Positions 38,701 to 50,960 are shown, counted from the first letter of the stretch. The stretch: DNA of 64,000 nt from Lama guanicoe (GCA_013239625.1 MU053216.1:622001-686000), one strand, 5' to 3'. Notes: generated by a model from the sequence alone, not told the origin. Program-made: numbers and translations.

Positions 38701-39412
38701 TGGACTCGAGGCCGCGAGTGGGGAGGGGCCCCCCTTGCCTGACGTTTCTGTGCGGACCAGCGAGGGTGGCCCACATGGCCGTCGACGACCGGCAGTGAGC
38801 ACGAGGGGGCCGCGGAGGGGCTCCCACGGAGTGGGAGCCAACCCCGACCCGATGTGGGGAGTTGCGTCTCCAGCCCGCGTCTCTCTCAGGGACTGACGAG
38901 ACGCCAGTCACAGGCAGGAGCCGAGTGTACGCACCAGCCCTGAACACCTAAAGAAGTATGTTTCCAGAGGTGTTACCTGTGGGGGTCGGGTCAGAGCCCC
39001 CCGCCGCCTTCCCCATGGCCTTCCCCTCTCCCAGCCAGCCTCTAAGTTGCAGCTTCCCCACCACCCCCTTACAGCTCCGAGGGACTCCCCGGACTTGTCC
39101 TGCAAGGGCCACGGGGGAGAGTGTGCTCCCCACCCCGGGGGCCCGGAAAGAGGGAGGCTGGCGCAGGGTGATTTGGGGAGGGTCAGGGCTGGGGTTCCCA
39201 GAAAGGGAGCTGCAGGCCGGGCTGGGCGGCAGTGACCCCTGGGTCAGCTGTCAGCCGGAGCGGGAACTTCTGGGAGGGGACGTCTCTCTGTCTGCACCCT
39301 CTGCCACATGCTCTCCGATGTCAGCCTCGTCCCACACCCTCCGCACAGGCAGGACGGTGTCCCAGGGCGCTGTGCAGTCTTGCCTCCTGAGGAGTGAGAT
39401 GGGGGGGCGGGC

Positions 39413-39468
39413 TGGGTAGGGGGAGGGGGGGGGGGGGGGGGGGGGGGCCCCGGGGGGTTTCCGGGGGA
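39413..39468. repeat. Poly-G tract
   Basis: More than 20 consecutive G followed by further G runs. Confidence 0.85.
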
Positions 39469-39959
39469 CTGGCCTAGAGGACAGCTCTGTCCCCCCAGCC
39501 CCACCTAGGACCCAACACTCACAGGTGTCTGGTGCCAGCCGTCACTGTTGGCGGGTGACGCCTGTCCCCACCGCACTCCACCCCTGCCAGGTCCCCACAG
39601 GACTGGGGCGGGGCTAGGGGAGGCTTCCCAAAGCGACCCAGTCCCTCCCCAGCTTCCAGCCCTCCCGCAGCCCCAGGGCTGTGATGTGGTCAGTTTTCAT
39701 GGAAGAAACTAGATGCAGTTCCACTGACTGCTGGGTGCGGGCGGGACTTCACCCCCTGAGCAAGGCTGGGCGACTAAGCGCAGGGCGGGCCGGAGCTGGG
39801 GGGGCGGGGGGCAGGCTCTCCTGCCTGTCCTCACGGCTCGAACACGTTTCATGAGGGAGGGACCCCGAATTGTGGCCGCTTAGCTCCTCTTCAGGCCCTT
39901 CTGGGCATCAGGACCTTTGAGTCCCCTGCTACTTACAACCCAGCGAGGCTCTCCGTGGG

Positions 39960-40100
39960 CTCAGTTCCATTTTGCATATGAGACAGCAGGTCCAGAGAGG
40001 GTAAGTGACTCGCCCAAGGTCACACAGCTGGTCAGGGCACAGCCAGGATTGGCACGCAGGCCAGCTGCCTGCAGAGCCAGTGAATGCCCCTGCTACTCAC
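39960..40100 (+). mobile_element. MIR SINE fragment
   Basis: ccattttgcatatgaga...agagagggtaagtgactcgcccaaggtcacacagctggt. Confidence 0.7.
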
Positions 40101-43100
40101 GGCAGGACTTTCCCAGAACAGCTGGGTTCCTGACAGCCCTGGGGAGAGCCTGTGGCTTTCTCGGGGGGAGACCTGTTGCTACAGAGCTCTGTCTAAGGAG
40201 CTGGCCCGAGCCTCAGCAGGGACTCCTGCCCACAGACCCCCGAGGGACACAGGCACTGCCAGCCTTCCCAGGACGGCCAGCCTAGGAACACAGCTTTCCC
40301 AAAAGGCGTGGGACATTCTGAAGCTTCTTGTCAGGAGGATCTACTAGAATCTTGCTTCCTGGCAGGGGACAATGAGAGTTGCCCTCCGTGCAGCAGGAGC
40401 CTGCGGAAGTGAGCTCCCCGTCCCTCCCCAGGGCCGCCCTATAAGGGAGCCTCTCTCCCGGGCTGTGGTGGCTCCTCCCTGCCCGCCCTTGTAGACAGAT
40501 GGGCCTGGCAGCTGCAGCGCCCAACATCAGGAGGGCACCAGGGCCCCAGCCCTCGGCCACCAGCTCCACAAGAAAAGCAGGAGGTGCGAGCTGGGCTCGG
40601 AGACATGGAGGGGCTTGGGGGCCACTGGTGCAGGACCGGGTGGAGGGGGGTGGGAGTGTGAGCGCAGAAGCAGCCCCCCCCCCCCCCGCCAAGCCTTCCT
40701 GGTAACTGTAACCTTGATCCAGGAGCAAGCAGAAGCCGCCCAGGGCCAGGGCGAACATGCGGTCTCCCGGTGAGCTCCACTCACCCTGCGGCTCTGCGCC
40801 CCCAGGGACTTCGGCGAAGGCCTGGGGACAGGGCACTGACACAGCGTCTGAGCCCCAGCCTGGAGCCTGGGCTGAGCCTTCTGGACACTCCAGACAGAGG
40901 GCCATCAGGGGCCCCCGGCAGCCCCAGGTCGGCGCCACCTCACTCTGGCTCCGGGGGAGGCCCAGGTGCCAGGTGCCCGCCCTCACCGGGCACCCTCTCC
41001 TTCCTTGGCTCCACCCCCTCCAGGCAAGCCGGGGCTCCTGCCCCCCACCTCCTGTTGGAGACACTCCCCCAGGCTCCACCGCCCTCTGGGGGTGCTGCAG
41101 ACCACCCCCCTTACAATTGCCTCAGGCTGGGATTCCTCTGCCGAGAATTATCCACTCAGGTGACAGGTGACAGGAAAGGCAGAGGGGCGCTCAGCGTGAG
41201 CTCAGCATGAACTCCTGGGGCCCGGAGGGCGGGGCTGAGTGCCGCACACGGTTGCGGGCGGGCTCCCGTTTGTTAGGGACCTCCTGATAGACGAGTCCTT
41301 CCGTCTCCTGCTTTGGGAATGGAAGTGGTGGAACGTTCTCTGCTCTGCCCAGTCAGACGAGACTCGCAGAGGGGTAGCAGCAGCCGCCCAGGGTCGGGGA
41401 AAGAGGCTGCCTTCTGCCACCGGAGCTTACCAGACACGTCACCTGGATCCTGACCAAGTGACAGGCACGGGGCAACATCACGTGGCCACGAGGCCTGGAG
41501 GGGTCGGGGGCAGGGCCCTGCATCACCGGTCCTGAGAGGTTTCCAGGGGTCATCCTTTCCAGGCCTCCACCTCCACTGCACAGTGGCTTCTCCCACAGGA
41601 GAGAAGTACTGTCACGAGGGCTCATCCAGGGGCCACAGCCCTTCTCCAGGGAGGCGCTTTGTTACCCTAAAGCCCTCCCAGCTGAGGCAGAGGCTGGGAG
41701 CAGGCAGAACGTAACCTCGGGGGTCACGGGGACGCACCGCCTGTCTCAGAGGCAGATGGCGGCCTGGCGTCCCTCGCGGGCCCGGAGGGGGCAGCTCTGC
41801 TGAGCGCCCTGCAGTCCGCCCCGTGGAGACCTGGGCTCGGGAGGACGCAGGCCTCCTTCTCCTTTTAAGGCAGCGTCTGAGTCTCAGGCTGCGGGAGCAG
41901 CCCCAGCCCCGCTCATTCCTGACTGTTTGGAGGAAACGATGATTAATCACCCCCCCGCCTGTTTTCCATTAGATTCTTTTTAAAGGGTGCCTTGAGCAGA
42001 CACGGGGAGACCCAAGCCCACTAGGACCCTGTGCGGAGGAGCACGTGGCGGGAGGCTGCTGGTGCAGATGGGGAGGGACAGAGTCTGGGGCGCCAGGGCA
42101 GGGAGAGGGCAGACTCGGAGAGCAGTCCCGAAGGGAGGGGACGGAAGCCTGGGTCTGGAAGGGTTTGGGTGGGAGGGGAGGCTGGGGTGCAGTTGCTTTG
42201 CAGGGACACCCAGGGACCAAGGGTGCAGGCAGGTGCAGAGGGGGTGCGTTTGCCCCAGTGGGGAAGGTCGGGGAACGGCACGTCAACCTGGGGCTGCTAG
42301 TGGACAGGCCAGAGCCTCAGTTTTTCCCAAAGGTGGGGTGTTCTCTCGGGGGCCCCAGTTCCCTCTGGTGAGGCTTGTGGGCTCTGCGGAGGCAGCTCGG
42401 CTGCGTCCGGGGGCGATCCGCGGGGCACAGCGTGTGCAGGTCTGGGGAGGTGGGGTCTGACCTCTGTCCGGAGCGTGGGCTGGACTCTCCCTCCCCGGCT
42501 CCTCAAGTATGATGAGACCAGAATCCCTGGACCTGGTGGGGTGGGCGGGGCAGAGGGCCTCCGGTGCTCATGAGCGTCCTCGAAGGGCTGACCCAAGGGC
42601 CCCTCACGGGCCTTCTGTTCACCAGTGCCACGCTCCGTTTCAAAGCCAGGCTCCATCATCACCCCTGGTGCCCCAGCCCCGTGAGTCCCCTGGCGCGGCA
42701 GCCCAGGCCTGCGGGTGGGGAGGGCGGGGGTGCGTGCCAAGGCCCTGTCTCACCGGGCCCTGTGCCCCTTGGCGGCCCCCTGTGATTCTGCCAGAGGCGC
42801 CAAGGACTTCTGCTGCTAAACAAACGGTCCCCAGGGGCCTGTCTGTGGTCCAGGTGCACACCGTTTCCTGGGCCCACCCAGCACCACACTCCCTCTGGGA
42901 CATGGGGTGGTAGAGCATTGCTTCTCTCCCCGCACCCCGGAAACCTCTGACAGTCAGGCCATGGTGCCTTCCTGTTAGAGCTTCAGAAGGTCATGTGGCG
43001 TCCCTGGGGGCCGGCTGCCCTGGGGTCTGGCATTGTCGGACAGAGGACATTGCATCTAACATCTCCTCTTAGGCAGTTCAGCTGCTCCCTCGGCCCCACG

Positions 43101-43519
43101 ACAGGGATGGTAAGTGTGCTCGCAGGATAAGGAGCAGACTCTATGTGGTTTTGTGGAGGTTCAGGGTGGCCACCGGCCCCTCCCACGCCCCCAGCAACCT
43201 GGCATCATTGGGCCCAGTCAGGCAGGGCCCCAAGGTCAGCTGACTGGCTGAGTCCCGGGCTCCTCACAGACAGAGCAGTCCGTAGCAAAGCATTTACTGA
43301 AAAAAATAAGGAAAATGTTGCAGATTTCCCAAAAAGCCACATGTATCTGATGCCGAAAGTCCATCTTTTATTTAGGGCCCCCTTATTTCAATGAGATGAG
43401 GATGGTACTGAATTTATAAATAACCTTAACTGCTAAAATGAAATGTCAGTAGTCCTCAGTGGGTCCCTCTGACCTCTTTGTCCCTGGGGCCAGGGTACGG
43501 CCCTGGTGCTCCCGCCTGG

Positions 43520-43705
43520 AGCGCAGGATGCGAGGGGCCCAGGAGCCCAGAGAGCAAGACAACTGGTGTCTCAGTTAATACTGTAAAAAACCAAATTTAA
43601 CACAAAAAACCCCACAATGAACAAAAACACAAAATTTGAAACAAAGACAGGCCCAGCGTTGGTGAGATTTCCTTCGCCTCCGGCTCCAGCGAGGCTCAGC
43701 CAGCA
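43520..43705 (+). mobile_element. MER53-like hAT DNA transposon
   Basis: caaaaaaccccacaatgaacaaaaacacaaaatttgaaacaaagacagg...ttcgcctccggctcca. Confidence 0.6.
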
Positions 43706-43991
43706 GCCCCTTCCCCGTCACCCCACGGAGGAGGGTAGCTCTGGGTCTGGCCCCTGGGGAGGAACGGCTGCAGCCCCCCAGCCTTCACTTGGGCGTTTCG
43801 CGGCCCTCAGGTCCTGGGAGTGTGCCGTCAGCGCGGTCCGCACAGCTCACACCTGAGTCCCGGCCGCGTCCGCGCAGAGACCGTCCAGAGGCTTTGGGCG
43901 GTTATAGACGCGCCCCCACGCCATCCCCACACCCATCCCTCTCCCTCCGAAGCCAGCCCTTCATGTTTGTTTTTCTTTTCTGAATTCTTAG

Positions 43992-45431
43992 GAGGGCAAG
44001 CAAGTGGAGACCAAGACAGATGCCAAGAGCGGAGAGCAAAGGGGCAGGGGTGCCGGCAGAAAGCCCCTGGGCCCCAGGCAGGACTCGGACCAGGGGAGGG
44101 AGCCACAGAGCGGTGGTTTAAAGAAAAGCTTCTCGAGAGACAAGGAAGAAGCTGAGGGCAAAGGTGCAGAGAGGCCCAAGGAGGAGAAAGTCATCAGGGG
44201 CCTGGAGAAGGGCCGGGTCAGGGCCGCGGTGGACAAGAAGGAGGCCGGGAAGGGGGGGCGGGCAGACGAGGAGACTGCGGCCCCCAGGATGGACGAGGAC
44301 AGGCAGGGGGCTGAAAGGAGTGCGGGGGGGAGCAGAGACAGGGGGCGGAAGGGGGCGGACAGGAAGGAGGCGAGCGAGAGAGAGGAGACTGCAAAGGTGA
44401 AGGGGCCCAGCCAGGGCGCGGGTGCCCGGATGGAGGCCGAGAAGGTGGAGAGAGGGGGTGGCAGCGTGCTCGCCGGGAAGGGGGCCGAGAGAGCCAGGAA
44501 AAACGAGGCCCCCAACCCAAAGGCCCCCGGAGAAGAGGGCAAGACGCCTGCACCAGAGAGGCCGGCCCCCGGGGCCCCCACCAAGGCCGAGGAGGAGGCA
44601 GCCCCCAGCATCTTCGACGAGCCCCTGGAGAGGGTGAAGAACAATGACCCGGAGGTGACAGAGGTCAACGTGAACAACTCGGACTGCATCACCACGGAGA
44701 TCCTGGTGCGCTTCGCGGAGGCGCTGGAGTTCAACACGGTGGTCAAGACCTTCGCCCTAGCCAACACGCGGGCGGACGACCACGTGGCCTTCGCCATCGC
44801 CATCATGCTCAAGGCCAACAAGACCATCACCAGCCTGAATCTGGACTCCAACCACATCACCAGCAAGGGCATCCTGGCCATCTTCCGGGCCCTGCTCCAG
44901 AACAGCTCGCTGACCGAGCTGCGCTTCCACAACCAGCGCCACATCTGCGGCGGCAAGACGGAGATGGAGATGGCCAGGCTGCTCAGGGACAATGCCACCC
45001 TGCTCAAGCTGGGCTACCACTTCGAGCTGGCCGGGCCCCGCATGGCCGTCACCACCCTGCTCAGCCGCAACATGGACCGGCAGCGGCAGCAGCGGCAGCA
45101 GCAGCGGCGGGCACAGGAGGCCGGCGGGGAGAAGGCGCTGCTGGAGGTGCCTGAGGCCAGGGCCCCCGCCAAGGGCTCTCCCAGGCCCTCCCCGCAGCCG
45201 TCCCCCAAGGCCGCCCCCAAGAACTTGCCCGGGAAAGGGGGCGGCCCGGCCGCGCCCCCGCCGCCCCCGCCCCCCCTGGCCCCACCCCTCATCCTGGAGA
45301 AGCTGAGGAACTCGCTGTCGCCGGCTACCCAGCGGAAGATGGGCGACAGAGCCCTTCCCGCCCAGGAGAAGAACTCCCGGGACCAGCTGCTGGCTGCCAT
45401 CCGCTCCAGCAACCTCAAGCAGCTCAAGAAG
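43992..45431 (+). CDS. LMOD1: LMOD1 coding exon 2, 480 aa: charged linker, LRR (ABS2), proline-rich segment and most of the WH2 domain
   Basis: Polypyrimidine tract then tag|GAG GGC AAG; in frame with ORF 44004..45911; tropomodulin-type LRR (NNDPEVTEVNVNN...LNLDSNHIT...LLKLGYHF); ends SRDQLLAAIRSSNLKQLKK. The 3' boundary is inferred from orthology because the donor is non-canonical (TT). Confidence 0.95.
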
Positions 45432-45935
45432 TTAAGTAGCTGCAGCGGGGCTGGCCCCAGGCTGGCCACCCCTGCAGCTCCCCAGGGGAGACTGTCCCTC
45501 CTCCCGGAGAAGCTTCCTTTAGCCCCTCACCCTGCAGCCTCAGGCCTTCCTCTGAGTCCTCCCTCCCCTTCCCAGAACATGGTCTGTTTGCCTGACTCTC
45601 AGAACCAGCCAAGTCCTCAGGTCAGTCTACCCCGAAGGTCTGTAGGAGATTCAGCCTCAGGAGACCCTGCTTGTCGAGGCTCCCTGGGGGCAGATCCCCA
45701 GTCCCCACCGGTCACACCAGAGATAAAGCACCCTCTGACTGTGACTCCAGGGTCATTTGCTATCATCCAGTTTTTACAGAAAAGGGAGAATGCAGGCTCC
45801 GCCCAAACCCCACGTCTCTGTTCTGCAGGCGCACGCACTCTGAGTGTCTGGTCTCCGGAAGGAAGGGAGGTGAGGGATTCCAGGGCCCACATCCGGGACC
45901 CCCTCCTCTAAACTGCCTCTGCTTTGCTCTTGCAG

Positions 45936-45962
45936 GTGGAGGTGCCCAAGCTGCTGCAGTAG
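45936..45962 (+). CDS. LMOD1: LMOD1 coding exon 3 (VEVPKLLQ*)
   Basis: ctttgctcttgcag|GTG GAG GTG CCC AAG CTG CTG CAG TAG; matches the LMOD1 C-terminus and completes the WH2 LKKV motif. Confidence 0.92.
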   Translation: MEVPKLLQ

Positions 45963-47259
45963 GACCGCCACAGGCTGTCAACGCCACGCCACCCAGACCC
46001 TGCCCACCCGCCCGGCTGACCTGCTCTGCACGCCCCTCTCTGCCAGGGGGCAGCTAGAGGCCTGGCCAGCTCCGGGAAGGACGCCTTCTCTCTCCTCACT
46101 TTCCTGTTCTTGTCTCTGAGGCTCTCCAAAAATACCGTTTATAGCCAGAGCTGAGCTTTCAGGACAAGAAGAGTCCCTTCAGACCGAGAAGATGGCACAC
46201 CTGGGGCCCATGTGGCTGGCCAGCTGCCAAAGGCCTATGATCCAGGAAAGATGTCCCACAGGGACCACAGGACCCGCCCGGCCCCACTGCCCACCCAGGG
46301 TCAGGATTCAGGCCTCTGAGGAGCCCTTGGGGCAAAGCTGCTCGGCCAGTCCTCTCTGTGCCGGGCAAGGGCAGAAGGCTGGGGGTCCAAGGGCACAAGG
46401 CGGGAGGGGCTGAGGATACCCCCAGACCCCTCCCAGCTAACGAGAGGACATGACACAGGTAGTGGGCCTGGATGGACGTGCCTGGTGGGGAGCGGGCTCC
46501 AGACGGGAGGAGGGGACAGACTGCAGCTGGACCTGAAGGTTTGATGCCAAAGCAGACACTTCCTCACACCCACCTGCTGTTGTATAAATAGCTGTGTCTC
46601 TGTTTTTCCATAAGATTTTGATAATATATACAAGCCTTTAGCTGTGACGGCTGGGCTCACCTTGTGCTGTCTGGAGGGTCCCCTGCCACGCTACCCCAAT
46701 GGGCCGGGACACAAGCTCCCGTCCACAGAAAGCATGGCGGTGGGGACTCAGAGGGGGATGCTCCCCTGCCCTGGCTGGCCAGGCCCAGGAGAGCTGGCCT
46801 CAGCCGGGGTCCACTTCAGACCAGCCGGGCTGCCTGGGGTCACTGGGCAGAGGTGCTGTCGGTGGGTGGTAGCGGAGTGCAGCTGGGGTGGCTATATTAG
46901 GCATGTTCAGGGGACGCTCAGTCCCTGACTCTTCCTAACTTCAGGATTGGGGCCAGCTGCTCGCCGCAGTCCCAGGCCTGGGAAGGCAAAGAACTGACAT
47001 GACCACTGGGGGGAGGCCCTGTCGTCCCTGCTGCCCGGATCTCCTCTTCTGCCCCCACGCCCTCCATGGCAGGGACATCAGAGGCAACTTTCTGGTCCCA
47101 CTGGCTCCGAGATGGTGCACCCCTGTGGCTCTGGGTCTCGTGTGCGGGCGGGCACGGCAGGTTCCGGTTTCAGGGTGCAAGTGTAGGGCCCCTTCTAGGA
47201 AGCAGCCCCCTGAGCTAGGTCTGGCCGAAAACAGGGCAGGCTAGTGTCCCAGGGCGTGC

Positions 47260-48350
47260 GGCTGCCCCCTGCCTCCACCCTCGTGCCCGTCCCCAGGAAC
47301 CTAACCAAGGCCGCCCGAGCGGGCGCGCGGCTGCGCACTGCCTCTCATGCTGTCCGCCCAGCGGAGCGCAGCGTGCGTGTCTGCGGGGCTGGCGGCGCCG
47401 GCGCGGAGCCTGCCGCTCTGTGAGCTGGTGCCGGCACCGACGTCACCTCCGCGTCGCAGACAAAGCTGGGCCCAGACAGGGTGACGCACAGGTCCGTGAC
47501 CACAGAGCTCAGCCCGGAGACCGAGCTCCGCCCCAGAAGGCTTCTGGCGCCCAGGGAGCCCAGGCCAACCGGACCGCCAGGGTCCGGATCTTGACGCTCC
47601 AGCTGGCCCTGTCGCTGTGGGGCACGGGAACTTAAATCAAGGTCTGGCCGACCGAAAAGCACCTGCAGCGGTCGGCTCGCGGCCGGGGCGTCGCCCCCGC
47701 GCCCCGCCCCGCCCTCCTCCACTCCTTCCCGCCCCTCCCGCTCCGCGGGCGCTGCCGGCCGCTGACGTCATCCCCTCCGAGCTGGGGGGCGGGGCGCAGC
47801 GCCACCTGGCGGACACCTCGGCCCGGGGCCTCCCGCCGCCCCCCCCCCGCGCGCCGCGTCCCGAGCCCCGAGCCCGAGGGTGGGCTGCCGCCTGGGGTCG
47901 GGCGGCCTGGGGCGCGTCCCGGAGGCGTGGGCGCTCAGGGCTCAGCTGAACTGCGGGGAGGGCTCGCAAGGCAGGGCGGCGCGTCCGCCCGCTGCCCACC
48001 TGCCCTTCGGCCTGGGCCCCCACTATGCACCCGGCTGCCCGTCGGAGGCCGGGGGAAGGCGCAGGAGGGAATAAACGACGGTGGAAGAGCGCGAAGGGTG
48101 CAGATGACCTGACAGCTGGTGGATTCGGCCTCAAACCCAGTCTCCCACCGGCCCGGACCAGGAGGCTTCCCAGGGGCCGCCGTCCACCCCTCTCCCCGTC
48201 CAGGGGTCTCTCTGAGTCTCCCGCCCTGGTGAGGGGGCTCCAGGGCTGGCTCCTCGTCGCACTTACTGTCACAGGAGGCCCAGGCTGCAGCTCGGGACCG
48301 TGGCCACTCAGGCGGCTTCTCTGGGACGCCGAAGCTCCAAACGCGGGTCA
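47260..48350. promoter_or_regulatory. CpG island in the LMOD1 3'UTR/3' flank with a palindromic CRE and GC boxes
   Basis: Dense CpG; TGACGTCA at 47763-47770; several CCGCCC/GGGCGG motifs. Confidence 0.7.
48070..48075 (+). terminator. Candidate LMOD1 polyadenylation signal AATAAA
   Basis: First AATAAA I found downstream of the LMOD1 stop, about 2.1 kb away. Confidence 0.45.
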
Positions 48351-50349
48351 GACCATCCATCCGGGAGAGCCACATGCCAGCCTCCCTCGCGCCTCAGGTC
48401 TCAGGACCTGAACCCGCAGGTGTGGGCTTTGCCACCTGTGTCGGGGGGCAGGCTGCTGGCCTGGGGTAGGGGTCGCCCCTCCGCCACCATGCCCTGTGCT
48501 CCACGTGCCCTATCCGACCACGCACCGTCCCGTCTCTTGGCTGCCTCCTGCAGGCCTCTAACCGGCTTTACCCCACGCCGCCCGCACATGGGCTTTCCCA
48601 GCTGCCTTCATTTTACCCCCGCCGGCCGCCTCCCCCAGCGCTCGGGTTCCTGCTAACCTTTCCCTCGGCCCCACGGAATCGCCCGGTATACCTCCGCCCT
48701 CTCTCCTTGCTGTTCCCTCTGAACGCAGCCTCCCCACCACGGGAGGAGGCCCTGCTGCCCCCAGAATGCAGGCCCGTGATTTTGTGTGAACTGCTCCCCT
48801 TCTCCCAGACCCCCTCCGGGTCCTCAATCCAGCCTGGCAGGACCCCGCTCACACCACTGCAGACCCAGTCCTCGAGGGCCACCGCTTCTCCCCCCACACC
48901 ACCTTGTCGGGAGACAGCGGCTTCAGGGGTGCTAGTGGGGAACAGCTGCGCCTTGTGCCCGGTGACGAGCAGGTGAGCTGGGGTCGCCGGAGACACATGG
49001 GTGTTGCCATCTTAAAAACTCGGGGACTGAGGGGCCTCCTCCCTGCTCCCGGTACATGAAAGCTCTACTCTGTCACCATCTCCCCCTTTTCCTTAAAATT
49101 CTCTGTTTTCAGTGCTTTGCAGAGTTAGTTGGTTGGAAATGTTGGAGGGGGCGTCCACCTTGGTGGGGCAGTGGTGCCACCCATCCCAGGCTGCTCGGCA
49201 GTCTGTAACTGGCCCCAGGCTGTTGATTTGAGGATAATGAATTCTGGCTGCTGTGGCCTTGCATCCACTGACACATTTCTTAGAGAAGCTCAAAAACCTT
49301 ATCCTGCCAACCTCCTCTGCCTCCCAGCTTCAGGGGAGATAGTGGTGGGGAACACTGCAGACCTGGAGCTGACCCGGTGACTCTCTCTCCTGACCTGTGA
49401 GGGCAGAACCAGCAGACTGGACACCAGGACCCTCATGGCCCCCTCCCACCTCTCAGCTCGTCCCCTGCAGCAGGTCTGGGTCAGGTCCGGGGCAGAGGTC
49501 TGACCCTGGCCCCTTGGCAGTTGGCCCAGGAGCGCCCCTTCCAGGCTGTGTGACAAGGGCCTCCAGGGGCCCTGGTGAGCACAGTGGCCACACAGACGAG
49601 GCTGCAGGGCCCAGAGGCCTGAGGAGACCCAGAGGGAAGGCAGGTTGCAGTGGGCGGGAGTACCTGCGGGCGGAGGGAAGGGGGCCGAGCAGAGGGCCTT
49701 GGGAGCGGGGACACGGCCAGCGAGGTGGCTTTCCAAGCTGACCTGGCACTTTCCTCACTTGAATCCAAAACTATAAAATTTCCTGTCACCAGACAGGGCC
49801 GAGGGCACAAGGCCTGTTCCTCAGGGAGCAAGGCTGGAGGTGGGGGTGGGGCAGGCACCTGCCTGGCCCAGTTTGGGCCCCGTCTGGGCCGGAGGCCTCC
49901 GGTCTGGGGCTCCCTCTATGGCCCAAGGCAGCTGACAGCACCCTTCCCGGCCCCTTGGGCAGACCAGTCTCTCTCAGCTGCTGGTCAGGAAGACCAGGCC
50001 TCACCGTTTAGAGCCGGTGGGGGACCCGTCGGTCAGATGGGCGTGGGGCCCAAGTGCGAGTCCAAGTGTAGCGGACGGGTAACGTGCCTTCGGGCAGCTC
50101 GAGAGCCCATGTGCGGACTCTGGAAGGCAAACGAGCACCCTCTTCTGGGAAGCAGCACGACCCACCTCCCCAGCTCTGGGAACTGAGAAGCCCTCAGCCT
50201 GGGTGCTTCTGCCTGTGCCCCCAGCCTGGTCCTGCCTTCCCTTGCTTAGGGGACATGGAGCTGGCAGCAGTGAGGGCCCAGCTGAAGACAGTGTACGGGA
50301 GGGGTGGACAAGCCAATGATGTGACTGACAGGAGTTCTGTCTTTAGAGC

Positions 50350-50355
50350 TTTAAT
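50350..50355 (-). terminator. Candidate SHISA4 polyadenylation signal ATTAAA
   Basis: tttaat on the + strand, about 400 nt downstream of the stop codon. Confidence 0.55.
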
Positions 50356-50759
50356 CCAGCCATACAGAGCCCTGCCAGCGGGGCAGCCAGGAGGGCTTCT
50401 GCCGCAGCTGATGGAGCCCCACCCAGCCCCGCCCAGCCCGCAGTGGGCAGACGGGAGGGCCCAGCCTTCCTGGCTGGGGTCGTGGGGGCGAGCAGAAGGA
50501 CTGTGAGAAGGCAGAGCTGTGGCCCAGGCTTTCCTGTCTTCCCCTCACCTCCTGTGAAAACCGTCTATGCACCCAAGCCCTCCCCAGCCTCCCCTCATTC
50601 ATGGCCAAGTTCCAGCTCAGCTCCTGTTCCTCCTCCCTGGGGCCCTGTTCCCAGAAGGTCTCAGGGCTTGGCCAGGAGAGGCCCCCGACCACCCCCAGGG
50701 CCGGATGGAGGTACAGGAGGGAGGCATCCCTGAGGGGCGGCAGAGACACAGCTGGCTTC

Positions 50760-50806
50760 TCAGGCTCCCGGGTAGGAGGGCTGGGGTGGCATGTACGGGG
50801 GAGGGG
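50760..50806 (-). CDS. SHISA4: SHISA4 coding exon 5 (APPPYMPPQPSYPGA*), PPxY motif
   Basis: cag|CC CCT CCC CCG TAC ... GCC TGA; the five exons total 594 nt = 197 aa + stop. Confidence 0.96.
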
Positions 50807-50960
50807 CTGCAAGCCAAGGAGACAGAATGACGGTCAGGGTGGCACAGGAAGTGCAAAGGACCCCCCTACCCCAGGGCATGCAGCATCCATGGAGCAGAGC
50901 CGGCCTGGAAGTCTGGGAGAGGCAGTGGAGTCGGGGGGCAGGAGCAGAGGGCTCACTTAC

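Noticed and set aside
39413..39468. Poly-G run as a functional G-quadruplex
   Set aside because: Homopolymer length is unreliable in a gapped assembly and there is no supporting context
43988..45007. 339-aa antisense ORF over LMOD1 exon 2
   Set aside because: Shadow ORF: the very high GC3 of LMOD1 removes antisense stops, and it has no recognisable domain
44004..45911. 635-aa ORF as a standalone single-exon gene
   Set aside because: It is LMOD1 exon 2 plus intron readthrough; the GTG start is internal
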